Shown in pieces: positions 28,501 to 43,500 of a DNA stretch of 64,000 bases. The DNA is taken from positions 17,112,001 through 17,176,000 of the forward strand of contig JAQFVV010000005.1 in the NCBI GenBank assembly GCA_028023455.1. The letters are read 5' to 3'. Source of the stretch: Epiperipatus broadwayi. Lineage: Eukaryota; Animalia; Onychophora. The position numbers and the translations under genes are program-made. The notes under the pieces were generated by a model. The model worked only from the letters and a program-made list of their open reading frames with translations. It was not told the origin of the DNA and ran no database searches. Numbering within the stretch: position 1 is the first letter of the stretch; each line of letters starts with the position of its first letter.

Positions 28501-31500
28501 TTAGGACCGATCTTTGATCCGATTAAAGTACTGTTCTTGAATTATGGACCAATTCCATCGATGATTCTTTTGAAGTAACAGAAATAATGAGACTGCTTCC
28601 ATCACAAACATTTTTGTAAAAATTTGTGATAAAAGTTACATTGCCTCATAAATGATCTTATATGTTTTCTATAGGTAAGTCTGGGAAAGTTCTCTATTGC
28701 GGAGATTTTTTCATAGTGTGGATGGATTCCTTGTCCATTGATCAAGTGACCCAAAAGGATTTCTTTCACAGCAAAATAACTCTTCTGGAGATTTAAAGTA
28801 AAGTTTTTCTCCCTATATTCTAAAAAAAAAATAAAATTGGTGGAGGTGGTTCATATGATCATCAAAATCTGTAGATGCAATAACCACATTATCCACATAA
28901 CACACTAAAATGTCCTTAATCCAGGCATCTCAACAAGCCTGCCCCAGGCATGCATTTAAAGATATACTGAAGGCTGTGTACTTGCAATCTTGAAGATGTA
29001 ATACAATCTGCCAGTAACTTGATGTCAAGTCTACAATTGAAAAAACTTTTTATTGGTCAGACGAATGAACAGTTCTGGGATGGATGGTGAGATTCATTCA
29101 GCTTATGTGCATCCAGGCACAATTGCACAGCCTCACTCTTCTTTTTGACAATAACTAACAGGTTATTATATGGAGAGGGATTCTTTTCGATAATATCCCA
29201 ATTAATCATTTATTGTAACTGATCATCCATCTCGTTCTTGTATTGAAACAAGATTGGATAAATGCGGCTCTGAAAGTGAGTTACCTCTTTTATTCTGATA
29301 TGATACATGTATCCATGTATGGTACCTGGTTTATTAGAAAATATAGAGGCTTGATTCTTTAAGATTACACTCAGCTTTTGTGTTTCTTTCACTGTGGTTA
29401 ATGATGAATGCTCCACTTTTTCCAGCATCAGACTTTCATTAAAGGTCTGCATGCAATTAACTTGGGTTCATCTTCGCTCTGATATGTTACAAAAAACAAT
29501 TGCTTCTCTTGCGATTAGAAAGATGCCATGACCATAATCTATTGAACATTGGTATTGAACAAGGAAATCTGATTTCATAACAACATTGTGTATGAATCCT
29601 GACAATGATGAGAAATACATGTTCAAATTTTGTCACTTCAAGGGGAATTTTCATTCAGACCTGTTTGGCTTCTACCTTTGCACTCTGGCTATTTACCATA
29701 GTGACCTGGGGTTTGTTTGATGGGTAAGATATGGACATTTCTTCATTTACTCCTTTATTTGTAAAAACCATTCCTTGGAGATCAATGAAATTTGGCTGCC
29801 GATGTTCAACAGTGCAATGGTTTGTAGCCCCTTGATCTCTATATTTCTGTTATGGGGTATGGCTGAGACTGTAAGTTAGATATAATCTTTTCTTCATCAA
29901 ATATAATATTAGAAATTAGAGATGTTGGTAAAAATTTATTGTTCCTTATTTGTTTATTGGGCTCCCGCTGTGAGGAACATGTCAGTGAAGTCCTGGCTAG
30001 TTTCCCTGGTTCTGGTAATGATTTAATCCATTTGGCTTGGTCTGGTAAGTGTTGTCTGCTGAGGGCTGTTTCTGGTGGTACCATCGACTTTGTTCTTTTA
30101 ATGTTCTTTCATCTTTAACGTGATTAGGTACTGAAGATGATACAAATTGGATTGCTATTAGACAAAGCTCTGTCTCGTCAGAATAATCAACCATCATTCT
30201 CTTTCCACTAAAATATATTTCAGTAGATGATTCTGGTTCATGAGATGGCTGTCTTCTAAAGGGAGTTTCTTCCTCATCTTTATGCTCATGCTTTTCCCTC
30301 TGATTCCAACTTCTTGATCATCTTGGACCTGTTTTCTGGGTTGACGTATGAACTGCTCTGACATATTGACAGCATCATAGATAGTTCCCATGAGTCTCTT
30401 CTCCATTGGTTCTGCTCTCTGCTCCATTTGTGGTGAATGCCTTGTTATTTGCATTATTAACTATATGACTTTCCAGTGGCAAACAAGACACCCAATGCAA
30501 TGTATACATAAAATACAAACACTTTCTTAGTAATTAAAGTTACAAACAAACAAAAGAAATGACTACCGCTTAATTTGGCTGCTAGATTTATAAGATAGTG
30601 GAAATTACATTAATTGATGATTCCATATATAAAAGTTTCAATATATAAAGACACAATAAGGGACTTCGGATGATGTATCTATTTTGATCTCTGGGGCAGA
30701 TATCTCTCGAGCAGGTATATAATAATAAATAAAATAAGTTAAGTTTAATTAGCTTTAGAAAAATATGGTTAAATAAATAAATGCATAACTCTCATGATCA
30801 TGACCAATAAAAGCTGAAATATCAAGCTTTAATATACACAAGGGATAAGGAAGGTGGAACTGAGTTGCTGAAGTAATAAACAAATAACAAGGTAGACTGG
30901 AAATATAATCATCTCCGCGATGTCATATCGAAGTCTTACAATAAGGCAATGACAGGAATATCTTTGCTGTTGCAAAGTTAGATCCAAATTTCATAAAACA
31001 AATGGATCATATTATGAAGGAATGAGCATTTTCATAAAACCCTAAATAATTCTTATTAACAGACAGGAATGATCCACTGCACTGGTACCAAGACAAGAAC
31101 AAGACCCTCTGGGTCTGAAAAATAATGTTTTTACATTTGTGTGGAACTTAGGCAAACGGAAACTCAAATTAAATCTTCCGAAGCAGGGATAATTAATTAT
31201 GAAATTAGACAATCCAGTAATGCTATATAAATATAAAATAATAAATTATTGGCCTTAAAGTTAAAGATATGTATAAAATAAAACATGAATGGTCTCATGT
31301 CATAAGATTACAATATGCGAATGTTTTTTATATAGGCTTAATTAAGGCCTATGCAGTTATTATATATATGTTTAAAAAATTTATAAAGAGATTACTCTGA
31401 TTAATTAGAGATCCACCCCGTAGGTCTTACACATATAAAGAATTATTGATACAATAGCCTATGACGATAATATATTAAATTGTGTTAAACATTTTAAAGA

Positions 31501-34500
31501 ATTAAACTATTGTATCATATATAGTATACATATATATTTGTTAAAATAGAAATGAAGTTTTAACTTTTAATTAACTTCGAACATTAAATTTTATTTTAAA
31601 CTGAAAGCTTGATTATAAATCACATATAAAAAGTATACATATATTTTTTTTTTTATAAAAGAAAATAAAGTTTGCTTTTAAATATCTTAACACTTGATCT
31701 GAATTTTAAATTTGAAAGTTTTATATAAACCATTATAATTGCCTTAATGGCTAAATGATATTTTGAAAGAACCGATTTTAAACAGATAAGTTTAAAATTG
31801 CAAATAATAAAAAAACAAATTAAAATTAGAGGGAGAGAGTGGATTTAAATATCTTGCTTTATTTAATTACTGGACTTTTCTTTAGATAATGTCAAATATT
31901 TTAATCATTGAAATATTTTGCTAAATTTACCTCCATCTGATTCTTAAACAATACGTCTAGCAGAATTTAAAAAAGATTGAGTATATATTGCAATAATTGA
32001 TGTTCCTTACTATGTATACTTAATTAAGCATGCATTAAGAAAATATTTAAATAATGCAATAAGACATCTAAATAATATGGTAAGAAACATATAATTTATG
32101 GAAGCAAAGAAAGTAACATATTAAAGACGCTTTAATTATTTACCAGTAGGATTATATACTAGTGGCTTCCTTTGATGGTGATGGTATAGCAGGTCAGTAA
32201 TTTGGCTGGTCAAATGTAGGCAAGGACTTGATCGGCCTAGCATTCTATAGTACAAGGGAAATCCATACTCAGCTTCTTGGCGATGGCCAGTGAAATTGCG
32301 ATGATCTACTCACTCATAGCTTGATATAATTTAACAGTTTAAAACTTTACAATAATTCTTCCAGAAATTTACAATAACTAAACTCTATAAGAAGTGTACA
32401 ATAACTCTTCCAGAAGTTTACAATAATAATAATTCTTTCTTCTTTTTGCCCTATATATACATCTCGAGACAAAGGTATCAGCTGTTCTCCAAATTAATTA
32501 ATTAATTAATTTAAACTTAAGGAAAATTCTTTTCTTTATTATCTAAAAAAATCTTACTGATTATAATCTTAATGCAATTTAATTCTGAAATTTTATTAAT
32601 TGCATTTTTTAATTAAATTCCGAATGTCTTTGATTTTTATCAAATTCCCCAATAATTACATTTTTGTCACCTTTTATTGTAATGACAATGCTACACTAAA
32701 ATATAAATTCTAAAATTAGAATTTAGTACCTATATTTTTTTAATATCAATTGGTATTTTAATTAATTAAAAAGTTAAACTTTCTTTGCTGATTTGAACCC
32801 CCATCTTTTTTCACACTAACTCATAATTAAATTGTATAATAAAGTTTACATTTTAATAATAAAATTACATTTTTTTTATACATTATATTTTTTAAAATGC
32901 CTTAATATTTTTTAACTTAATAGCAAAATATATACATGAAGCACACACACACATTTATATATATATATGACCACTTCAATAATAATGAATAATTATTTAA
33001 TTAATATTTAAAATGTATAAAATAACATGTTTTTGATATATTTCTGCATTTTCTGAAGAAGACTGCATTGGAGATGTAAACATGCTTGGAAAAAATTATG
33101 CTTTTGACTGATTTATTTAAATAAAGAAAGTTTAATGAAATTAATAAATTATAATAAAAAAAGATTTTGCTTAAATCATTGAAGGGTTAGAAGTTTTCAT
33201 TCTAATTAACTTGTAATACCATATACTCTGCAAATCTTCAACAATACCCTGTAGGCTTATTAGTAGTTGTAGTTATTTATTTACAAAGCAGATTTTTTTA
33301 TGTCGTAGTGGTGAATCGTTTGTAATTAGCTTTTTTTTTCAAAGATACCTAAAGCTCTTCACCAGATTCCAAAACAATTCTTGCATTTTACAAGTCAATA
33401 TCTTAAGCTGAAGTGTTGATAGTTTTTAATTTTTTTTATTTTCTTTTATCGTTTCTGTCTAGTATTGTCTGAAAGAAGTGCATTTTTTTAATATTTGCAA
33501 ATATTTATATATAGTTTTTTTGTTTTTTCTGACCTCTGAATTGATTTTCTTGCATTGCTCTATCTCTTTAAAAAAACATAGAGAATGTAATTTAAAGATA
33601 AAAAAAATTGTTTTCTATGATAGAGGAGATCAAAAAGGCAGGAGGAGAAATATTGAGATAATTTTTTTTAAAAAAAAAAGATCCATTACTTTTATCACTT
33701 AAAAATTCCACACATTTCATAATTTTTTAAATCCTGGGTTAAACCATTTGTTTTTTACATTTTTATGTATATTACATTATAATCTCTTTTCTAAATTTTG
33801 ACCATCTTTTATAGTCATTTTCAAGGATTATTTCTATCAAATATATACAATATATAAGTAATGTTTAGAATAATTTATAAGTAATAACATTAGCATAATA
33901 AAAATTCTTTTATTTAATATATACCTTTGCATTTTTTTTTTAAATATTAGATATAGATATCTATCATTGTTATATAATTTTTATTAACTGTCGAGTAACT
34001 TTTTAAAAATATCTTCTTTATATATTTTTCTTTAATTCTTAATTTTTTTAATAATTATTCTCCTATAAGAGTTGCATATCAAATTCTTATCATTGTTCCT
34101 GTTCAAAGTGGGCTTTTTTGTATTCTCTAATTAACTTTGTAATAAGAAAATATAAATAATATATATAATGATGGCAACATAAATACAGAACAAATAATGT
34201 AAAAATATATTATAAATTATTGTAAACATATTTTATATATTACATATATTTTATAGGAATAATCTTTGAAAATAACCATAGAAGATAATTGAAATATAGA
34301 TAATTGTATAATATATATAAGGATTAAAAACCAGGTGGTTTATATAATAAACCAGGATTTAAAAAGAACAAAGTGTATGGAGAATTTTATGTGTGATGAA
34401 GAATATTATATGTTTTTAATTAATAGATAATACATGCTATATATAAAGAAGGGGCATTCATATACAACAATATTCTGACTATATATCAATTCATTGTTAT

Positions 34501-37500
34501 CATTTATTTGTATAGGCTTTAGCGAAAGGTTCAACACACTTTTGTCATTGGGAAATCAAGTAATATTATTCAAAAGTGGTAATTCATTTAGCATTACTAA
34601 CAATGAGAAGGTGATTTCTTCTGCATTAACATACCATGTTTACATTTAATGCAATAAAATGGTTTTATATTATGATTTCTTGTCCTTACTCTATTCATAT
34701 GGACAAGCTTACAAAATTTATAAATTCTTTTTAAAAAATTATTTCACTTGTATAGTTTTTTTTTTTTTTAAAGTATAATTTTTTTTTAACATTTTGACAA
34801 TTTTAATTTGTCATCAGTCTAGAAACCTTAGATAGGTTTCTACTATTTGAAATTGTTATTGTTAATAAAGAAAAGGATTCAAACATATTTGAAATAATAC
34901 AACTATCCATCAGCAATCATGCATTAAAAGGTGGATATTATAGTAATTACTTGTTAATTAGATAATATATTTATATAAAGATATAAATAATAGAAGTACC
35001 CCCCCCCCCCAAATAAATTTTTAATTAATTATTGTAATTATTTTTGAGTAGAAGAAAGGATCTTTATCTAAATGTGAATTATTTTATTAGTGATCTTTTT
35101 GTGAAAACATTTATTCACACCAGTAAGAATGTTTAAAATTATTAGACATGTAGTTTAAATGAAAATGATAATTTATATTAGATCTATAATTTTTTTCTTT
35201 TGGGAAAAAAAAAAAAACAAAGAAGAAAAATAACTTTCATGCATCTTTTTGTCTTTTAGTTAGTCATGAAGTTCCAGAGCATCCTGTTGTTTCAACTATC
35301 TCTGGTGCTGTGTTTGAAAAAAGGTTGATAGAAAAATATATAGCTGAAAATGGAACTGATCCAACTAATGGCAAAACCTTGTCTGAGGACATGTTGATTG
35401 ATATCAAAAGTAAGTATATATTGTACCTATATTGATATAGGCACATACAATTTTATCTAAAATTATATTATTAAAATAATCTTTCGTTAAAGAAAAACAT
35501 ACCAATCTCGTTTCATTAAAGAAAAAATAATGTTAAAACTAAATAGTAAATTGTATTAAAAGTATATGTGCGTATATATGTGCGATTTGTAAATAAATAA
35601 AATGTATGCGAAATAAAAGAAGATTATCATTAAAACCATGGTAATGGCTATTAATAAAATAAAACAACACGTTTTATTGCATGGCTATTACTAATTAAGC
35701 AATCTTCCAAAACACGTTTATCAAATGATTATCATTGGAATTTGACAACAGATCTTTGCCGGAGATATCAGAAAGACAACAAGGCGCAGGTATAAATAGA
35801 CCTTTTTGTATCGGACAGTAATCAGTTTACAAAGTAATTGAGTAGTGCAGTTCAGAAATTAATTGAGCAGTTAACAAACAAAATGCAGTGTTGAGAAGAT
35901 CTTGGGAACGCACATTTATCTCCAGCCCAGATGTCCGAGAAAACAGCAGATCTGCCCGTGAAATAATGTCAGCTTAACATCTTAGAAAATCTCCGTCAGT
36001 ATCTATTTGTCTCCGATAGCAATAATCGTGAAAATCAGGAAACTCAGCAAGGAAACGTCCAGCCGGCTGGTAAGCATTTATAATGGAAATATCTTCACTG
36101 AAAGCAGCCTCCAAAGAACAAAATTCTACGTCAAAATTAAAAAAAGCCTAGGTAAAACATTTGCTTATTTCGTTCTATACTGTAATAGCCATTGCATTGC
36201 ATTAATTCGTACGAATCTTTCAAGAGTCTAATCATATGAACTCTATATCATACATAAATGAACTATTGATGTGTGTGATTAAATTTCAAATGCTATGTAG
36301 TCCTTTATTATCATAATTATGTGTGTGCATGAGTTAATATGTGCGTGGTCATTATATCAATATTTATTAGTTAAATTAGAGTGTTTTGTTATTAAATCTA
36401 TAGGAATGTTTAAACTATTTAGAAATGTTAATTTAAAATATGCGTGTATTTTATTAGAATTATAAAATGTTTAAATTTAGTAAATAAATGTTAGTTAATA
36501 AATTATCTTTAAAATTAAACTATATTTGTCGGTCAATTCTTTTTATCAATTCTTTTTAACAAATTCTTTTATTAATTCTTTTAATCACTAATTAAGTATA
36601 ATCTATTAGTGATTACAAACAACTGAGCTAGTCGTGGATTTAGGCGTTGAGTTAGTGGCCACTATTCAAAGTGCGTTGTCTATTCTTTTAGTATTCTTTT
36701 AGAATAAGCAGCTGGCGCCCGTGTTTATACACAAACAAAAAAGTGCTTTGAACTTGGTGTTGAACTCAACAGCCGAGAAGAAGCTATGTCCTGGAAATGT
36801 AACGCTAGTTATATACTTTATAGCTATTGTTTGGGCATACATACTCTCCGAGCATGGTCTTCTCTGCCTAAGAGGCCGGTATTTCGAATACACATATCCG
36901 AACACGGTTCAATATATGTATTTTAAAAGGTAAACATTTATTTTTTTAACTAAAAATAACATGGAAAAAGATTATTTTACACAAAAATTTGCTATCCACA
37001 ACTAATATATATATATATCATGAAGGTTTTCAGAGCATTATACATATTGACATTTAGATTCTATTTTCTGAATTACAACTTTTTTTTTTAATAGAACGAT
37101 TATATTCAACAATGGAAAAATGTGATATTAATATGTACCTATAAACATACTGATAGGCTAATGAAAATATTGTTTTCTCTATTTATAGTTTATATTATTA
37201 TTTATCAGTAATATAGACATGTAAAAATTTTTATGTATTTTTATAATCACACATATATGTAAACACATCCACACATAAAATTACTAATTATAAAGCACTG
37301 ACATTTATACACAGACCCTTTTCATGCAGAATATTATAGAAATTTCTATATATGCTCATGCATTATATAATGTTCTATTCATATTTAAATGACCAATTGT
37401 TTGACAATTGTATAAATGTTTTGTTTATATTCATACTTGATTTTATTTTGTGTAATTAGTTTTATATTAATTATGTTATACTAAAGAAGGCAATGAAACA

Positions 37501-40500
37501 TTGCTGAAGGAGGATTTTATATGTTAAATAGTACAATATTTGCTGTTATATAATTTTTTTTTTGGTGTTGTTTATTTATTTATATGCAAAACAAACAAAC
37601 AAAACAACACAATAGATTGTATTTCTTTTCATTTTATAATAATTTTATTTTCAAATTCACATATGCATATTTTTTTTTGTGTGTCTGTTTTTCTGTGTTG
37701 ACAGTTTTAAGAAGTAAAAAAAAACATTATGTGAGCAGCTTATATGAGATCAAATTTAGCATTTCAAATAATAGGAATGAAAGCCAGGTTTGTGTATTAA
37801 ATATTTTATTTATTTATAGAGTTGTCTGTTTCAATTTTGTTTTAAAGTGATTATTTTAAAGAGACAAAAAAAAAAGATATATTGAGAATTTGGATTTTCA
37901 TATCTTACTGATAAACATAATATTCTTTATGAATCACTTTATTTTTTAAAAGACAGTTTAGGAACGAATTGTATTATATAAGAATCTTTTGGTTTCATTT
38001 CATTTATGTGTTATAGCATGACAATCAGTATGCAATGCATATCAGACATAAAGAAAGAATTGTCAGAAGGTATTAGAGTGTTATTTATTTTACTTGTATT
38101 AAGCCTCATGGGATAGTAGTTTATGCATTTGTCTTCATGCACACAATGGTATTAGACTCTAGGCTGGAAGACCCTAGAATTTTTTTTTTTTAAATTATAA
38201 ATAGGCTTACATTTTTTTTTTTTAGATGGGCAGTCCATAGCTAATCTAATTAGTCATACCATAGTATTCGGTAAATGGGTATAATTATCTTTTCTTAAGT
38301 AGAGAATATGGTTTCAAGATAATCTATGTTGTTCAAATAAGCATTAATGTGCTGACTGTAAAAATAAAGTACAATTGTAATATGATGTAGTTTTCTCACT
38401 GGCAGGAGAGATGTCATGTTTCTACTGTTGCTGAGCCTATGGTTATCTTGGCCCTACTATTATTTAACAAAGGCTCTGATGAAGACTGCTGATCAATTGA
38501 AACTATAAGGAAATATTGCTAAGGAATAAATAAAATTTACTGTATTGTAAAAAGTGAATAAAGAAAAGTTTATTAAAGGCTCTAATAATGTGATCCATGC
38601 ATTTGCTCATTGTACCCATGACCTGAAATTAAAATCTAGAATGACGTTGAGATTTTTTTACAGATAATTGAAAATTTCCCAATGTAGCCATCTGACATAG
38701 CAGTTAATGCTGGTTCAAAAATTGATAAGTAGCTGATTGTTTTAACTAATTTGTCAAAGTTCAGGTATCTTGGTTGCTTGTGTGAGAGTTGATACAATTA
38801 TAAAGAGCTGTGATTGCAATATTACGAATGGAGATGACATTCTCCTCTACTAATTCTATTTTCATGGTTTAGCTTTAATATCATTTTCCTGAAATTTATT
38901 GAGAAAAAAATACTCTATAATTCTTTTTATTAAAAACGAGGAGGAGAGATACTAAAAAGGAATTTAGATATAACTTTGTTTTAGTTATACTACTGTTGTT
39001 TACTATGTTTATATTCAAATTAAAAATGGAAATATGGCTCATAATTTGTACTCAATTTATTGTTAAAATATTTTTAAGCAAATAAAAAAACATTAATTAA
39101 ATTATATTTTTTTTGGTTTAGTTCCGCCTTTTGTGAAACCTCGACCACCCTCAGCTACAAGTATTCCTGCAATACTGAAGGCTCTACAAGATGAATGGGT
39201 ATGCTTTTTATGTTTTTTTTTAAAAATAAATTAGTGAGTTTTTTTATATATTACTAACTTTTTAATTACAGTAAATCAGTTTTTAAAGTGATTAATCATG
39301 TACTAATTATATATATAAAGTTAATATCTTTATATAAATATAAAATAGTAAGCAAGTACTTTTATTTCAGGATCATTATTAGATATAATGGTAATATCCT
39401 GATTATTCATCAGTTACTTAATCAGACTGTTTTTAATGGCAATTTAGCCAAAGTTTTATAATAGATTGTTTTATACTATTTTAAATTTTTGGTTGACTTT
39501 TTTTTTTTCTGTTCTTCAGATAAAACATTTGTATTTTTGAATACTTGTTATATTATTCAACCGCACTGCTGTATATAGTCTTCTCACATGATTGACTGTA
39601 TATTCTTATTTTGCAATGCAATTATCAGGGCCTATTTTAATCACCAAAAGTTTGGTTTGTTGTACATCAGACACAACATTCATACATTTTAAATAGTGAC
39701 TCATTAAAAAATAAAATGCAGAAGAATATGTTTGCATATATTTAATGCAAACTCAGCTGTTTGCAGGCAGTTTAAGAAGAGAAAAAGTTTAATTGATAAC
39801 AATTTTTACTTTGTAAATGTCATATTTTCAATGGATTTTTCAAAATGCTTTTGTTGAGTTTTGTATCTATAATTAATGTACGGTCATGATTCACATGATT
39901 CAATCATGTTTTGGCAAGCTGAACCATGCCCAGTTTAGGAACTTTTCCCCTTTAAATTTATCATCATTAAAAACAGTTCATATAAATTACATTCATTAAA
40001 TTGAAATCTTTTCATGTTTATAACTTATGATGCATGAATTGCGATAACTTTATTCAATACTGATTTACAAATCCATGATGAGATATGTAAAAAATATTTA
40101 TGTTCCAAGCCTGTTGACTAAAACCATTATAGACTAAATCATAATAATAATAATAATTGAATGATTTATTACTAGGGAATTCAAAAGAAGTTTGAGCATT
40201 GGAAATGACAGAGGTAGGCCATGATCCATAGACCTTGTAATTTAAGGCTTAAAGATATAATAAGTGCAAATTGTCTCAACCTTGTTAATTTCAGGTTTTT
40301 AATATAATAATTTTAAATATTGTATAATGATCTTGTAAATTAACAATGTATCACATGATCTGGCTGGATTGAGTAAGTGGTTTGAATGAAAATTATTTTT
40401 TATCCTAGATTGATGTCCTATTGTTATTTTGTGCAATTACTGAGAATCTGTAGATGCTACTGGAATTTATGATGCTTTTGTATATGCATTTTGGATAGAG

Positions 40501-43500
40501 GCTAATCTCCATACAGTGGTTTAATTTTTTGAATCCATTAATCTATACTGTACTAATCTTCATAAGGAAATTATTTATAGTGATTTTTTTATTTTAGGTT
40601 CTTTTGTTTTTGTCTGATGTCTCCTCTACATCTTTTGTAGCTTTAATATCCTAATGTACGCTTTATTGGATTAAATTAGAATGCTCTGAAATATATTTTT
40701 GAGCAAATTTTTCTAGGTTACTATACAATTGGTTTTCTATTTCGAACTGAACATTTATGTAGCCTGTTGTAAGTCAAAGGATTCACTTATTATAAATTTG
40801 AATTTATAAATTTTAGATAAAATTTTTAGTATTTCAATAGAAGCAAACATCAATGAATGCACTTTTATATAAACCACTAAAACATCACATGTCCTACCAT
40901 GTTTTCAGCTTAAATATTGCTGTTTTAATAGCATATTTTTTACACGTTTTTTTTGCCACCTACAGTAAGTAATGATAGTTTCCAGATGACAGTGCTTATT
41001 AAATCTCTACACTGTGCTTTTCTATCCAAAATTCTCAGACTAGTTTCAAACGCATGACTTTCATCCTGGCCATGGGATAGAAGTAAATTTAGTTATTAAA
41101 AAAGTAAAGATATTGTAATATATAGAAATTGAAATGGATTTGGATATATATGACTATGCAGGCATGTTGCTTTAGATTGTAAATATATGTTTTAAGTTTG
41201 GATTAATAGCTTGATAGTATAACATAGAAGTAATAGAATCTGGAAGGAAGATAGGTGCATGAGTACTAATATCTAGGTGAACTGTTTTATATTCCAAAGC
41301 TCCTCAATGATGAAAGCCATAAACTTGAGACTAGTCTGGGGATTTTGGATAGGAAAGCACAGCTTAGGGATTTATTAAGCATTATTATCTGGCAACTATC
41401 ATTACTTTTTAAAACTTATTGTAAGTGATAAAAAGAAGATAGAAAAGTATGTTACTAAAATATATAAATGATATTGTATTTTTGTAAAACAGACAGTATG
41501 AAAGAAGCTTCTTTTATTGTCTAATATGTTAAAGTAACATTAATTTGAAATTCCTAGTTCTAGAAATTTTTTATATTTGTGAGGTTTTCAAATTTTAAAA
41601 ATAGTATACTAACTCATTGTGAACTCAAACACTGTCAAAAATGTAAACGAATATTTTTATAATCTGTAATTTATATATAAATATTTTTTCTATACTATTT
41701 AAGTTTATTTTATTAATAACATATTAGCTTAAAACTTTTTTATGACAGTAATTAAAATAAGTAAAATTTATGAATGCTTTATCTCCGCACATCTGTTTAC
41801 TATAGTGAATCTCGGGCCAACCTGTATACCCAATTGGCTCAGTATAAATACATGTATAACTGAGCAAAAACACATTTGGACACCATCTGTTTTTTTCGAG
41901 TATTTCACTAATTCTGGTGATCAATTTGAGCCCACATGTTTCAATGTCATTTGTTCAGAACGCTCTGATGCCAAGGAGACTTGGCACATTTCCAAGGACA
42001 ATTATGCCACTGTAGACTTGCATTCCCCTTTCTAAAAACTGGCTTCCTCTAACTAATTAATGCATTATGCAAATAATTTGCAGATTTATTAGCTTTTAAA
42101 CAGGGTCTTATTCCATACCTTTGTTACAAGCATTGCTATGTCTATGACAATTATCTGTCGAAAGCATGCTAAGTACCACAGTATGTTCATTGTTAATAAA
42201 GATTTGCTTTTAATACAGTTTATGTATTTGTATATCATCATCATCATCAACCACTATCAATCCACTGCACGATGAAGGTCTCTTAAGTTCAAACCATTTT
42301 CTCTGATCTTTAGTTTCTCTTTTCCACATCATCCCTGAACACTTTCTTATTTCATCCATCCATCTCACATGTGGTTTCTTTCTGGGTCTTTTACAATCTC
42401 TTGGAATCCAGTTTAAGATTTCAATTGTCCATATATTAGCATCTCTTCTAGCAATATGCCCTGCCCAACTCCACTTCAGTCTTTTAATTTTTTCAATGAT
42501 TTTGTCAATAATTTCCTAATTAATTCACTTTGTTTTCTAAGTCTTTTTTAAAATGCATGTCAGCTTTTTATTTAGCGATTCAATATCAATTTTTTTAAAG
42601 ATTAATTATAGATTAATCATTAATTAAATAGTATTAAAATAAAAAAAAATAAAAAAAAGCAAAACAAAACAAAAAACAGATACTTCATTGCAATATTTGA
42701 TATTTTTTTTTTTTAACTTTTGTTTTTAAATGTGTGTTCAAAAGTAATTTGCTTATTGCAAAAGGTTGAAGATCATTTTTGAAATTTTATCTTGATAATA
42801 TATAACAGGTACTTAGGTTATTCTACTTGTTTTTTTTCCTCTCCCAACTCTTTGATATAAGCTTAGCTTTGGATTCTTAAAACAAATTGAAAGGATTATT
42901 TTGTAGAAAGGGACAACATGAAATTATTTTTAATGAAGTAATAGATCTTCACCTATGCTGAGTAAGGGAAAAGCAGTTTTGAGATCATGAGATCACCTTA
43001 TGCTTTTTATTATGCTCAGCACAAAAGGTCTGTTTTCAAGAGATTACCCCAGATATTTCACACATAGTTTTTTAAATATGTAACTTTCCATATCATTAAA
43101 ATGCAGTGTTGCATCGGTACTGCTGTAATGCAGATATTGGGAATGCAATTCTTTTTTATAATTATGACTTTTAACATTGAGATTTTTTTTGTTGTCGATT
43201 TTGCTTAAGATTTTCACCCTAATTTTTTTTTGCCTCTTGTTCATAAAGGAACTATATTTTAGTTATGCCAGTTATTTTTTTTTTTTTGTAACTTATGTTT
43301 TTGATTTTTATATCTTATTTATCTTTGATATAACTTTTCTTATGTAGTTATTTTCATAATTTACAAGGAATGATGGAAAATAAATATATAGGTGAGGAAC
43401 AACAAACAGATACTGCTGATGTTACCAAAAGAATAGCGGAAATGGAGTTAGGTTGCATATATTGATAGAAGAGATGACAATAGATGGACAATCAAAGTTC

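Noticed and set aside
38472-38510. CTGATGA...GAAA motif, sense to Prp19
   Set aside because: Stem II and stem I do not pair; treated as decayed or chance
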